This document shows, one piece after another, positions 39,507-48,885 of a stretch of DNA of 64,000 nucleotides. The stretch lies in contig JBFMBF010000001.1 of the NCBI GenBank assembly GCA_040755315.1, forward strand, positions 29,109 through 93,108. The letters run 5' to 3'. The notes under the pieces are model-generated. The model did not search any database. It was not told the origin of the DNA and saw only the letters and a program-made list of their open reading frames with translations. Position 1 is the stretch's first letter; each line of letters opens with the position of its first letter. A program made the translations under genes and the position numbers. The DNA comes from Candidatus Hadarchaeota archaeon (lineage in GTDB: Archaea; Hadarchaeota; Hadarchaeia; Hadarchaeales; Hadarchaeaceae).

Positions 39507-40354
39507 AGGTGGTCATCCCTGCGGCGGGGCTCGGGACCAGGCTCCTCCCAGCCACTAAAGAGCAGCCGAAGGAGATGCTTCCCCTCTTTGCGAAGGCCAG
39601 CGATGGCCAGCCCTACCTAAAGCCTCTCCTCCAGCTGGTTTTTGAGCAGCTTTATGACCTTGGCCTCCGCGAGTTCTGCTTTGTCATCGGGAGGGAAAAG
39701 AGAGCAATCGAGGATCACTTCACGCCTGAGCCAGACTACATCAAAATGCTGGAGAAGCTTGGGAAAGACGATGTGGCAAATGAGCTCGCTGGTTTTTACA
39801 GGAAGGTCGAGAAGTCAAAGCTGGTATGGGTAAACCAGCCAGAGCCCCGGGGTTTCGGCGACGCGGTGCTCAGGGCAGCGCCGTTCGTCGGCGATGACTT
39901 GGTGTTCGTGCATGCGGGAGACACTTACATAATCTCCGGCGAAGCCAAGCATCTCAAGGAGCTGATATGTACCCACAAAAAGATGGACGCCGACATGACC
40001 TGCCTCATCCGCGAGGTGGAGAACCCGAGGCAGTTCGGTGTCGTGGAGGTGGAAAAAGTCGCGGGCAAACTCTTCAAGCTGAAAAAGGTCGTGGAAAAAC
40101 CGGAAAAGCCAAAGACAAACCTTGCCATCATGCCAATCTACATCTTCCGCCCAGCGATCTTCAAGGCCCTGGGGGAGGTTCCGCCGGGGAAGGGCAACGA
40201 GATACAGCTTTCGGACGGCATCCAGAGCTTGATAGACTCCGGCCTGGCCTGCTATGCCATCAAGCTGACGTCCAGGGACATCTGGCTGGACATCGGGACG
40301 ATTGAGACATACTGGAATGCTCTGAAAACATCGTTTGAGCGGGCGGTTGGTTGA
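39503..40354 (+). CDS. galU: UTP-glucose-1-phosphate uridylyltransferase-like
   Basis: IPAAGLGTRLLPATKEQPKEMLP, VEKP, EIQLSD. Confidence 0.82.
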   Translation: MKVVIPAAGLGTRLLPATKEQPKEMLPLFAKASDGQPYLKPLLQLVFEQLYDLGLREFCFVIGREKRAIEDHFTPEPDYIKMLEKLGKDDVANELAGFYRKVEKSKLVWVNQPEPRGFGDAVLRAAPFVGDDLVFVHAGDTYIISGEAKHLKELICTHKKMDADMTCLIREVENPRQFGVVEVEKVAGKLFKLKKVVEKPEKPKTNLAIMPIYIFRPAIFKALGEVPPGKGNEIQLSDGIQSLIDSGLACYAIKLTSRDIWLDIGTIETYWNALKTSFERAVG

Positions 40355-40355
40355 C

Positions 40356-41303
40356 ATGGCTAGAAAAAAGACGGCCGTTGTGACGGGCGGCTCTGGATTC
40401 ATAGGGTCGTGGGTTTGCGAGCGGCTCCTGCAAGATGGGTTCGGCGTCATCTGCGTGGACAACATCAGCTCGGGGAACAGGAGGAACATCGCCCACCTGC
40501 GAGATAATGAAAACTTTGAGTTCATGGAGCAGGACGTGAGGGAGCCGATGAACATCCGCGCACGGGTTGACACAGTTTTCCATCTCTCCTCGCGGGCGTC
40601 TCCGGTTGATTTTGTGGAGCATGCTGTTGAAATCTTGATGACGAACTCAACTGGGACTAGGAACTCGCTGGAGCTGGCCAGGAAAAACAAGGCCCGCTTT
40701 CTGCTGGCGTCGTCCTCCGAGGTCTACGGGAACCCTCTCGAGCATCCACAGAGGGAGACATACTGGGGGAACGTCAACCCCAACGGCGTCAGGTCCTCAT
40801 ATGACGAGTCAAAAAGGTTCTCCGAGGCCCTCACTTCAGCATACGTCAGAAACCACGGGCTGGACGCAAGGATTGCGCGGATTTTCAACACATACGGCCC
40901 AAGGATGAGGAAGGACGACGGAAGGGTGATCCCAAACTTCACATCCCAGGCGCTGAGCGGAAGGCCAATCACGGTTTATGGGGACGGCTCACATAGCCGG
41001 GCGTTCTGTTATGTGGAGGACTTGGTGGACGGGCTGGTGAGGCTGGCATTCAAAGGAGGCCTGAAGGGGGAAGTGGTCAATGTTGGAAACCCGAGGGAGG
41101 TGAAGGTTCTCGAGGTCGCGAAGCTGGTGAAAAAAATAACGGGCACCAAATCCGAGATTGTTTTCAAGCCCCTGCCAAAAGACGACCCCGTCCGACGGAG
41201 GCCCGACATCTCCAAGGCGAGGAGGCTTCTGAAGTGGGAACCCAAAGTGCCGCTGGAAGCTGGGTTGCAGAAAACCATAGAATACTTCAAAAAATTTAGT
41301 TGA
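40356..41303 (+). CDS. UDP-glucuronate decarboxylase (UDP-xylose synthase)-like
   Basis: TGGSGFIGS, ASP, SSEVYG, YWGNVNP.G.RS.YDESKR, DDGRVI, DDP.RRRPDI. Confidence 0.9.
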   Translation: MARKKTAVVTGGSGFIGSWVCERLLQDGFGVICVDNISSGNRRNIAHLRDNENFEFMEQDVREPMNIRARVDTVFHLSSRASPVDFVEHAVEILMTNSTGTRNSLELARKNKARFLLASSSEVYGNPLEHPQRETYWGNVNPNGVRSSYDESKRFSEALTSAYVRNHGLDARIARIFNTYGPRMRKDDGRVIPNFTSQALSGRPITVYGDGSHSRAFCYVEDLVDGLVRLAFKGGLKGEVVNVGNPREVKVLEVAKLVKKITGTKSEIVFKPLPKDDPVRRRPDISKARRLLKWEPKVPLEAGLQKTIEYFKKFS

Positions 41304-41318
41304 ACCAAGCGCCGTCCG

Positions 41319-42266
41319 TCATTTTTCCACTTTTTCCCAGTATTCAAGGGTGTCGGCGAGGGTTTTTTCTATGGGGACTTTCGGCTCCCAGCCGCACTCC
41401 CTCCTTATCTTGGCGTTGTCCCCCACCACGATGGGCTCGTCAGTCGGGCGCAGTTTTTTCGGGTCAACCTCCACGTTCACTTGCAGGCCGGAGATTTCGA
41501 GCAGCTTGTCCAGAATGTCCCCTATCCTGAGCGGCTTTGAGGAGCAGATGTTGTAGACATCGCCGAACTTTCCCTTTTCCAGCAGGACCCAGAAGGCGTC
41601 CAGCGTGTCCTGAATGTCCATAAGGTCGCGCACCACGTCCAGGTTGCCCACGTGTATGACTGGCGCCGCCTCCCCGCGCTTTATCCCAACAATCTGGCGG
41701 CAGAAGTCTGAGCAGGCGTCACCCACCTTTCTCGGGCCGGTGGCGCCGAAAATCCTCACGCGTACTGTCTTCATCCCGTAGTTTTTGAAGTACTGGTAGG
41801 CGAGGAGGTTCTGGGCCACCTTGCTCACGCCGTACGGGCTGACTGGAAGGAGCGGGTGGTCCTCCCTGATGGGCGGCTCATCCTTTTTTATGAGCCCATA
41901 CTCAGCGCTCGAGCCGGCCACGAGTATCTTTGGGTCGAGCCCCAGCTGCCTCACGGACTCGAAGAGGTAGACAGTCCCCATCACGTTCGTGTCCATCGTC
42001 TCGACCGGGTCTATCCAGGAGACATCCGGGCGGCTCTGGGCGGCGAGGTGGAAGATGATGTCAGGGGAGCTTTCCTTAACGGCGTTTCTCACCTCAGGCA
42101 GGCTACGCATGTTGCATTTTATCAGCTTTATTTTATCCCGCGCATGCTCGATGCCACCCATGCCGGCGTCCCTGACGGTCCCGAACACCTCCATTTTTTT
42201 CGCCGTGAGAAAGTCGGGGAGATAGCTCCCGATGAAGCCGTTTATTCCAGTAACCAATGCTCTCAT
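41319..42266 (-). CDS. GDP-mannose 4,6-dehydratase / GDP-4-keto-6-deoxymannose reductase-like SDR
   Basis: TGINGFIG, HLAAQS, GSSAEYG, SPYGVSK, VGNL..RD. Confidence 0.85.
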   Translation of the reverse strand: MRALVTGINGFIGSYLPDFLTAKKMEVFGTVRDAGMGGIEHARDKIKLIKCNMRSLPEVRNAVKESSPDIIFHLAAQSRPDVSWIDPVETMDTNVMGTVYLFESVRQLGLDPKILVAGSSAEYGLIKKDEPPIREDHPLLPVSPYGVSKVAQNLLAYQYFKNYGMKTVRVRIFGATGPRKVGDACSDFCRQIVGIKRGEAAPVIHVGNLDVVRDLMDIQDTLDAFWVLLEKGKFGDVYNICSSKPLRIGDILDKLLEISGLQVNVEVDPKKLRPTDEPIVVGDNAKIRRECGWEPKVPIEKTLADTLEYWEKVEK

Positions 42267-42359
42267 TTAAGTCCCTCGATATTTGGTCTATCCGCGGATA
42301 TTAAACTCTGACTAAGCACATGTTTGGCAACCTTGAGACTTGCATCGTCATCAATCGGT

Positions 42360-42649
42360 GAACGTTCGCAATCGCGCCAACTTCTCCAGAAATTGTTTTT
42401 GTGAGCAGTGCGAACGTTCGCAATCATTCAACGCCGCACTTGGCGCCGCGGATGAGGTTTACCCTTGCCCCACGGTTGCGGCAGAAGTGGGCCACTTCCA
42501 AGGCGACGCCCAGCTTCTCGGCCTCGACCACGCTGTATTGGATTCGCCTCGCCAAACCCATCGATTCCAGACGACCAAGCAAGCAGTACAGGCTGCGCGG
42601 CGCCTTGCCCTTGAAATCATATATCACGTAGTTGCGAACGTTCGCAATC
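42360..42649. repeat. Three copies of a palindromic motif (TGC)GAACGTTCGCAATC
   Basis: 42360-42373, 42409-42425, 42632-42649; the third contains the perfect 16-bp palindrome TTGCGAACGTTCGCAA. Confidence 0.85.
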
Positions 42650-42663
42650 TTCGTTTTGCTCAT
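42424..42663 (-). CDS. Orphan Cas2/VapD-like small protein
   Basis: YVIYDF...RIQYSV resembles the Cas2 YD and RxQxSV motifs; TTATAA about 33 nt upstream; no cas1 or array nearby. Confidence 0.55.
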   Translation of the reverse strand: MSKTKIANVRNYVIYDFKGKAPRSLYCLLGRLESMGLARRIQYSVVEAEKLGVALEVAHFCRNRGARVNLIRGAKCGVE

Positions 42664-42798
42664 TTTTTCCCGCCGAAGCTTTGCGTGAACGATCCTTATA
42701 AGCAAGAAAAATGTCCCCAGCCGACGCGTACCTGGCTAAAACTTGCGCCATTCACCAAACGCCTAAATATGTCGCTGCGAACTCGTTATTGGATAGTC

Positions 42799-43779
42799 AT
42801 GATAATAACAAGAACTCCTGCCAGGATAACTTTTGGCGGGGGCGGCACAGACCTGCCGTCTTATTACTCAAAGCGCGGGGGGCTCGTGATCGGCGCGGCG
42901 ATAGACAAGTACATCTACATCGACCTCCACGACATCTTCATCAACAAGGTCATCGCCCACTACTCAAAGTCCGAGATGGTGAACCACGTGAACCAGCTGA
43001 AGCACCCGATAATCAGGGAGGCCCTGAAGCTGACGGGAGTTACAAAGAAAATAGAGGTGGGAAGCATGGCGGACATACCCGCGAGGGCAGGCCTGGGCTC
43101 TTCCGGAAGCTTCACAGTCGGCCTGCTGAGGGCGCTTCACTTCCACAACAGGGAGTATGTCCCGCCGCAGGAGCTTGCTGAGGAAGCCTGCAAGATAGAG
43201 ATAGACATTCTGAAGGAGCCGATTGGGAAGCAGGACCAGTACATCGCGGCTTTCGGAGGCATAATTTCCCTGATTTTCGAGAAGGACGGCAAGGTGATAG
43301 TGGAACCGCTGAGGATGAACAAAAAGACAATAGAGGACCTGGAGAGGAACCTGCTCCTGTTTTTCACTGGGTTTTCAAGGACTTCCCACGTCGCCCTGAA
43401 GAGGCAGGACAGGCTCACCAAGGAAAAGGACGAGGCGATGCTGAAAAGTCTGGATGAGATAAAAGAGATTGGTTACAAGTCTAGGGACGCCCTGAAAGCC
43501 GGTGACACCAGGCGTTTCGGGGAGCTTATGAACCTTCATTGGCAGAGCAAGAAGAAAAGGTCCGGCAAGATCAGCAACCCAAAAATAGACCGGTGGTACA
43601 AAATCGCGCTGAAAAACGGCGCCATCGGCGGGAAGCTGGTCGGCGGAGGGGGAGGCGGCTTCCTAATGTTTTACGCGAAGGATAGAAGATGGCTTAGGGA
43701 GACCATGGCCAGAGAAGGCCTGGAAGAGGTAAAGTTCAGGTTTGATTTCGAGGGTTCAAAAGTCATAGTTGGAATGTGA
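42799..43779 (+). CDS. hddA: D-glycero-alpha-D-manno-heptose-7-phosphate kinase (GHMP)
   Basis: RTPARITFGGGGTD, GLGSSG, IGKQDQY, GKL.GGGGGGF; ATG at 42799. Confidence 0.85.
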   Translation: MIITRTPARITFGGGGTDLPSYYSKRGGLVIGAAIDKYIYIDLHDIFINKVIAHYSKSEMVNHVNQLKHPIIREALKLTGVTKKIEVGSMADIPARAGLGSSGSFTVGLLRALHFHNREYVPPQELAEEACKIEIDILKEPIGKQDQYIAAFGGIISLIFEKDGKVIVEPLRMNKKTIEDLERNLLLFFTGFSRTSHVALKRQDRLTKEKDEAMLKSLDEIKEIGYKSRDALKAGDTRRFGELMNLHWQSKKKRSGKISNPKIDRWYKIALKNGAIGGKLVGGGGGGFLMFYAKDRRWLRETMAREGLEEVKFRFDFEGSKVIVGM

Positions 43780-43788
43780 GAAGGGAAG

Positions 43789-45084
43789 ATGAGCTTGAAA
43801 ATAGCTGTTTTCGGTTTGTGGCATCTGGGGTGTGTCAGCGCAGCAGGCCTGGCGGAGATGGGTCACGATGTCGTGGGCACCGACTTCGACAGGAAGGTTG
43901 TTGAAGGCCTGTCAAAAGGGCGCCCGCCAATCTACGAGCCAAGGCTGGAGGAGCTGATAAAGAAAAATGCCAAAAGAAAAAAACTGTCTTTTGTTTTTGA
44001 CAAAAAAACCGCCCTGAAGGGCGCGGAGTTCATATTCATAACATTCGACACGAAAGTTGACGAGAAAGACAGGGCTGACCTCGGGGAGACAAAGCGCGCC
44101 GCGGCGGAGATTGCCAAGCACGTCAGAGATGGTTCCGTCATCGTCGTCAGCAGTCAAGTGCCCGTGGGAACGTGCGCCGAAATAAAAAATGTCGTTTCCA
44201 GAGGCGCGGAGGTGGACATTTGTCACGTTCCGGAGAACCTGAGGCTCGGCACCGCTTTGGATTCATTCTTGAAGCCGGACAGGGTGGTCATAGGCGCGAA
44301 TGAAGTTTCCACCATGAGGAAAGTCAAGAAGCTTTTCCAGCCGCTCGGGTGCGAATTGATCACGATGGGGGTGGAAAGCGCCGAGATGGCAAAGCACGCG
44401 CTGAACGCTTACATGGCGGCCTGCATCAGCTTCATAAACGAGATTTCAGACCTGTGCGAGCTCAGCGGGGCCTCGGCCTCGGACGTTGTCAAGGCTCTGA
44501 AGACAGACAGGAGGGTCAGCCCCCACGCCCCCATAAATCCCGGCCTGGGCTTTTCGGGGGGGACGTTGGCCAGGGACGTCCAGGTTCTGAGGTCTTACGG
44601 CGACAAGGTGGGATATGACACGAGAATGCTGGACGCCGTCTTCAACATCAACCAAGCCAGGAAGCAGCTTGTCCTGAAAAAACTTGAGAAATCTTTTGGC
44701 AGCGTCAGGCGGCTTCAAGTCGGGATACTCGGCCTGACTTACAAGCCCGGCACAGACACCCTCAGGCGGTCTCTTTCGCTGGAGGTGGCGAAGGGGCTGG
44801 CTGCTCGCGGCGCCAGGGTGAGGGCGTATGACCCGAAGATTTCAAAGCCGATCCCGGGACTGCCAAGGCTCGAAGTTTGCAATGACGTGGAAGATGTGGC
44901 CAGAGGGAGCGATGTGCTGGTGCTGCTCACAGAGTGGCCAGAGTTCAGGGCCCTGCCGCTGAAGAGGATAAAATCACTGATGAAAAAGCCGGTTTTTTTC
45001 GACGCGAAGAACTTCCTCTCTCCACAGGAGTTTAAGAAACTGGGCTTCAGATACATTGGAGTGGGTGGTGGATTTGAAGCTTAA
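43789..45084 (+). CDS. Nucleotide-sugar dehydrogenase (UGD family, catalytic Cys absent)
   Basis: GLWHLG, PENLR.G, AEMAKHALN, GFSGGTLARD, GLTYKPGTD.LR.S. Confidence 0.85.
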   Translation: MSLKIAVFGLWHLGCVSAAGLAEMGHDVVGTDFDRKVVEGLSKGRPPIYEPRLEELIKKNAKRKKLSFVFDKKTALKGAEFIFITFDTKVDEKDRADLGETKRAAAEIAKHVRDGSVIVVSSQVPVGTCAEIKNVVSRGAEVDICHVPENLRLGTALDSFLKPDRVVIGANEVSTMRKVKKLFQPLGCELITMGVESAEMAKHALNAYMAACISFINEISDLCELSGASASDVVKALKTDRRVSPHAPINPGLGFSGGTLARDVQVLRSYGDKVGYDTRMLDAVFNINQARKQLVLKKLEKSFGSVRRLQVGILGLTYKPGTDTLRRSLSLEVAKGLAARGARVRAYDPKISKPIPGLPRLEVCNDVEDVARGSDVLVLLTEWPEFRALPLKRIKSLMKKPVFFDAKNFLSPQEFKKLGFRYIGVGGGFEA

Positions 45085-45928
45085 AGGAAAGGTCGCAATC
45101 GTCACCGGCGCCAGCATGGGGATAGGCCTGGCAATAGCTGAGGCTTTCGCAAAAGAGGGCTGCAACCTGACAATAGTGTCGAGGAACTTGGGCGACGTGA
45201 GCAAGGCGGCGGCGGGGCTGAAGAAACACGGCGTAGATGTCCTTCCTTTGAAGTGCGACGTGTCGAGGCCTGAGGAAGTTGAAGAAATGGTCAAAAAAAC
45301 TGTGAAAAAATTCAGGAAGATAGACATCCTGGTCAACAACGCGGGGATTTACGGGCCTCTCGGGCCGCTGGTCGGCAACGATTTTGGGGAGTGGGAGAAG
45401 ACCATAAAGATAAACCTGCTCGGCACCGTGATTTGCACGAAGTCTGTTCTTCCCCACATGATCAAGGCCGGGAAAGGCAAGATAATCAACCTCTCGGGCG
45501 CAGGCACTGGAGGCCCCGCGACCCCTACGATAAGCGCTTATGTAACCTCAAAGGAAGCGGTTGCCAGGTTCACGGAAGTTGTCGCGGAAGAGGTGAAGAA
45601 CCACAACATCCATGTCAACTCAATCGCTCCCGGCGCCGTCAACACGAGGCTGCTCGACCAGGTCTTTGCCGCCAGGGACAGGATGGACAAAAAATTCGTT
45701 GAGAAATCCATAAAGCAGAGGAAGACTGGGGGGACTCCGCCTGAGAGGGCCGCGCGGCTCGCCCTGTTTTTGGCGTCAGAGGAGTCGGACGGGATAACCG
45801 GGAAGCTGATCAGCGCGGTGTGGGACGATTACGGAGGCTTCGCCGCCAGGCTCGATGAGATAAATGACACTTCCATCTACACACTGAGAAGGATAGACGG
45901 CGTGCTTTACAAGGAGGTCGAAAAATGA
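45074..45928 (+). CDS. Short-chain dehydrogenase/reductase
   Basis: TGASMGIG, NNAG, YVTSK, IAPG. Confidence 0.9.
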   Translation: MKLKGKVAIVTGASMGIGLAIAEAFAKEGCNLTIVSRNLGDVSKAAAGLKKHGVDVLPLKCDVSRPEEVEEMVKKTVKKFRKIDILVNNAGIYGPLGPLVGNDFGEWEKTIKINLLGTVICTKSVLPHMIKAGKGKIINLSGAGTGGPATPTISAYVTSKEAVARFTEVVAEEVKNHNIHVNSIAPGAVNTRLLDQVFAARDRMDKKFVEKSIKQRKTGGTPPERAARLALFLASEESDGITGKLISAVWDDYGGFAARLDEINDTSIYTLRRIDGVLYKEVEK

Positions 45929-46908
45929 GGGTCGGGATAATCGGGGCGGGCCTCATCGGGAACAAGCGGGCAAACAACCTCGGGGCCGCGAAGCTTCTCT
46001 GGGTCGCAGATGTCGTTGCCGAGCGGGCGAAGAAGCTTGCGGAAAGGCATGGCTGCAGTTTTACCTCCGACTGGCGGGAGGTCGTGGAAGACGACTCGGT
46101 CGACATTGTCATTGTCTCGACAACAAACAACGCCCTCGCCCCCGTTGCAATCGAGGCGATAAAAAAAGGCAAGCACACGCTGATTGAAAAGCCCTGCGCC
46201 AGGAACCCTAGGGAGCTGCTGGGCGTCATCAACGCTGCTAGGCGGCACAGGGGCGTGAAGGTCAAGGCGGGGTTCAACCACCGCTTCCACCCGGCGCTGG
46301 CCAAGGCCAAGCAAATCTTTGATTCCGGGGAAATCGGGCCTCTCATGTACATCCGGGCCAGGTACGGCCACGGTGGCAGGAAGGGTTATGACAGGGAGTG
46401 GCGGGCCAATCCAAAAATCTCGGGCGGCGGGGAGATGTTGGATCAGGGAATCCACATCATCGACCTGGCGAGGTGGTTTGCCGGGGATTTCGACCAGGCC
46501 ATCGGGCACTGCGGCACCATGTTCTGGGACATGGATGTGGAGGATAACGGCTTCGCGCTGCTGAAGAACAAGAAGGGCCAGATAGCGTCTTTGCACGCCA
46601 GCTGGACCGAGTGGAAGAACCTTTTTTCGTTCGAGGTGTTCTGCAAGCGGGGGAAGCTTGAGGTCAACGGGCTCGGCGGCAGCTATGGCGAGGAAACTCT
46701 GACTTGCTATAAGATGAAGCCCGAGCTTGGCATCCCGGACAAGTTTGTTTACGGCTGGCCGGGAGACGACGTATCGTGGAAGCTCGAGTTCGAGAACTTC
46801 TTGGACGCCATCAAGAACAACAAGGCGCCCCTGGGCACCCTGCAGGATGCCTATGCCGCCATGAAAATAATTTTTGATGTTTACAGCTGGAGCAGGAAGC
46901 ACGGCTGA
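45925..46908 (+). CDS. Gfo/Idh/MocA family oxidoreductase
   Basis: GAGLIG, IEKP, GFNHRF, GGG..LDQGIH. Confidence 0.92.
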   Translation: MRVGIIGAGLIGNKRANNLGAAKLLWVADVVAERAKKLAERHGCSFTSDWREVVEDDSVDIVIVSTTNNALAPVAIEAIKKGKHTLIEKPCARNPRELLGVINAARRHRGVKVKAGFNHRFHPALAKAKQIFDSGEIGPLMYIRARYGHGGRKGYDREWRANPKISGGGEMLDQGIHIIDLARWFAGDFDQAIGHCGTMFWDMDVEDNGFALLKNKKGQIASLHASWTEWKNLFSFEVFCKRGKLEVNGLGGSYGEETLTCYKMKPELGIPDKFVYGWPGDDVSWKLEFENFLDAIKNNKAPLGTLQDAYAAMKIIFDVYSWSRKHG

Positions 46909-46914
46909 AGGCGG

Positions 46915-47385
46915 CTATTTCCGGCGCATTTTCAGGGCCATGAAGATTCCGGCCGAGATTACAACCGCGACGACTGCGGGGGCCCAGCTGTCCGCCTGGA
47001 TGAGACCTAGCTGGAAGCCCCAAGCCCAGCTGAAGGGGAATAGGAGGACCATCCCCCCTCCGGCGTGCAGAAGCAGAGAGTCCAGCGCAAAGTGGACGGC
47101 GACGCCGGCCGTGAGTAGCAGGAAGCTTCGCCTTCTGTTTGAGAACATCAGGGAAATCAGCCCGGCAGAGAGGAGGCCACCGGTTATGGTGTGGAAGGGC
47201 AAGAGGGCGCCGGAGGCGTCGACGCCCGCAAAGCCAAGCAGGTACCCGATGTAAACTATGTCTGGGAGGACGCCACCGAGCATCAGCAGGGCAATGTCTT
47301 TTTGTAGCAGTTTGGGGTTCTTGAGCTGGAAGAGCTTGCCGCCGATCCACGGGACCAGGACATGGGCGATCCAATCTGGCATCAT
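46915..47385 (-). CDS. Membrane protein, putative metal-dependent hydrolase
   Basis: PDWIAH, GGVLPD, H, HFALD, LLFPFS. Confidence 0.7.
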   Translation of the reverse strand: MMPDWIAHVLVPWIGGKLFQLKNPKLLQKDIALLMLGGVLPDIVYIGYLLGFAGVDASGALLPFHTITGGLLSAGLISLMFSNRRRSFLLLTAGVAVHFALDSLLLHAGGGMVLLFPFSWAWGFQLGLIQADSWAPAVVAVVISAGIFMALKMRRK

Positions 47386-47825
47386 CTCCTCTCCACGAAC
47401 ATGAACTTCTTCGCCGCGAACTTCCAGCTCCTGAAAAAGACGAAGACAAGGATGGCGGCGCCGGCCAGCGAGCGGGCTAACTCGAGGTAGTAGCTCGCGC
47501 GGTCGTAAACCACAACGCTGCTGGAGGCCAAGCGGTAGTTTTCGCCAAGGGTGCCCAGAACCTCCACTAAATCCCCGGCCTTTGCCGATAGCGGCGCCAC
47601 CGTGAAGTTCAGCTCTCCGGACGACACCACAACACCGTTTTCCGCCACGCTTGCGACCGTCCCGAAGACGAAGACTTCTCTCCCCACGTAACTCTGGTAG
47701 CCCGAGGCGATTTCATCAGAAGTGGGATATGGCCGGTGGCGCTTGTACTCAAGGCCGCTGTAAATTGATAGCGCGGCGATGGCGAGCAAGAGCAGGGCTG
47801 CAACTGCCCAAGTTTTGCCCTTCAT
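47382..47825 (-). CDS. Hypothetical membrane protein with central OB-like domain
   Basis: N- and C-terminal TM segments, YVGREVFVFGTV...GDLVEVLG. Confidence 0.6.
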   Translation of the reverse strand: MKGKTWAVAALLLLAIAALSIYSGLEYKRHRPYPTSDEIASGYQSYVGREVFVFGTVASVAENGVVVSSGELNFTVAPLSAKAGDLVEVLGTLGENYRLASSSVVVYDRASYYLELARSLAGAAILVFVFFRSWKFAAKKFMFVERR

Positions 47826-48748
47826 TAATAGCACTCTATCAACATCTTGAGGCCCTTCTCGAACGGAACCTTGGCCTCGAACCCGAGGAGCTTCCTCGCC
47901 TTTGCTGTGTCCGCCTGGTGCCTGTAGACGTAGCCGGTGATGGGGTTCGGCGCGTACTTGGGCTTGATGTTTTTGCCCAAGTAGCTGCTCAAAAGGGCGG
48001 TGGCGTCGTTGACTGATATCGTCCTGCCGGTCCCGACGTTGAAGACCTCTCCCGCCACTCCTTTTCTGGTCGCGGCCAGGAAGTTTGCTTGGGCGACATC
48101 TCCCACGTAGACGAAGTCCCTCGTCTGCTTACCGTCGCCGTAGATCAATGGTCTCTCCCCCTTCTTCATCCCCCAGACGAACTGCGTGATAAGGTTGGCG
48201 TACTTCCCCTTTGGCCCCTCCCCCGGCCCGTAGACGCTGAAGTACCTCAGCCCGACGGTTTCGAGGCCGCGCTCGGCCGTGAATGTTTTTGCGAGGTGTT
48301 CCGCCGCGAACTTGGTCATGGAATAAAAGTTCCCGCATTTCTGGATGAAAACGTCCTCTTTGAATGGAGTTGGCAGGGAGCCGTAGATGGTCGAGGTGGA
48401 GGCGTGCACCACCCTCTTCACGCCGTTTTCATGGGCCCAGCGGAGGAGGTTGGCGAACCCCATCACGTTGACAGATATTCCGAGGCCGGGGTCGGGGACG
48501 AACATCTGGGATGAAGAGACGGCGGCCTGGTGGAAGACGTAGTCCACCCCGCGGGTCGCCTTTTTCACAATTTTTTCGTCCCGGACGTCGCCCTTGATCA
48601 GTTCTATTTCTTTGGCGACGTCGTCAAGGTTGTCTGATTTCCCGAGGAAGAAGTTGTCGAGGACGCGGACTTCCCACCCTTTTTTGAGGGCGCCCTTCAC
48701 GATGTTGGACCCTATGAAGCCGGCCCCGCCCGTGACCAGAACTTTCAG
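47825..48748 (-). CDS. NAD-dependent epimerase/dehydratase; probable CTG start
   Basis: KVLVTGGAGFIG, YSMTK, RYFSVYG, GDGKQTRDF; GGTGA+4 nt+CTG at 48748. Confidence 0.9.
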   Translation of the reverse strand: MKVLVTGGAGFIGSNIVKGALKKGWEVRVLDNFFLGKSDNLDDVAKEIELIKGDVRDEKIVKKATRGVDYVFHQAAVSSSQMFVPDPGLGISVNVMGFANLLRWAHENGVKRVVHASTSTIYGSLPTPFKEDVFIQKCGNFYSMTKFAAEHLAKTFTAERGLETVGLRYFSVYGPGEGPKGKYANLITQFVWGMKKGERPLIYGDGKQTRDFVYVGDVAQANFLAATRKGVAGEVFNVGTGRTISVNDATALLSSYLGKNIKPKYAPNPITGYVYRHQADTAKARKLLGFEAKVPFEKGLKMLIECY

Positions 48749-48885
48749 ACAATCACCTTTCAAAGATACGACTCCCGTTATTAAAGACTAGATTATCAAA
48801 TACTCCGTCAGTCCTCCGCTTCCAGTGGGTGATTTTTCCGGCTCGGCTCTTGACCCGGCCAAATGAGAAAACTGGCAGCATAACT

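Noticed and set aside
42360..42649. CRISPR array next to the Cas2-like gene
   Set aside because: Repeats are only 14-18 bp, irregularly spaced (about 50 and 220 bp), one lies inside the ORF, and no other cas genes are present.
42340..42798. Long N-terminal extensions in the ORF track (hddA; also 11822, 8052, 37757, 50686)
   Set aside because: They overlap opposite-strand genes, and family homology starts at downstream start codons.
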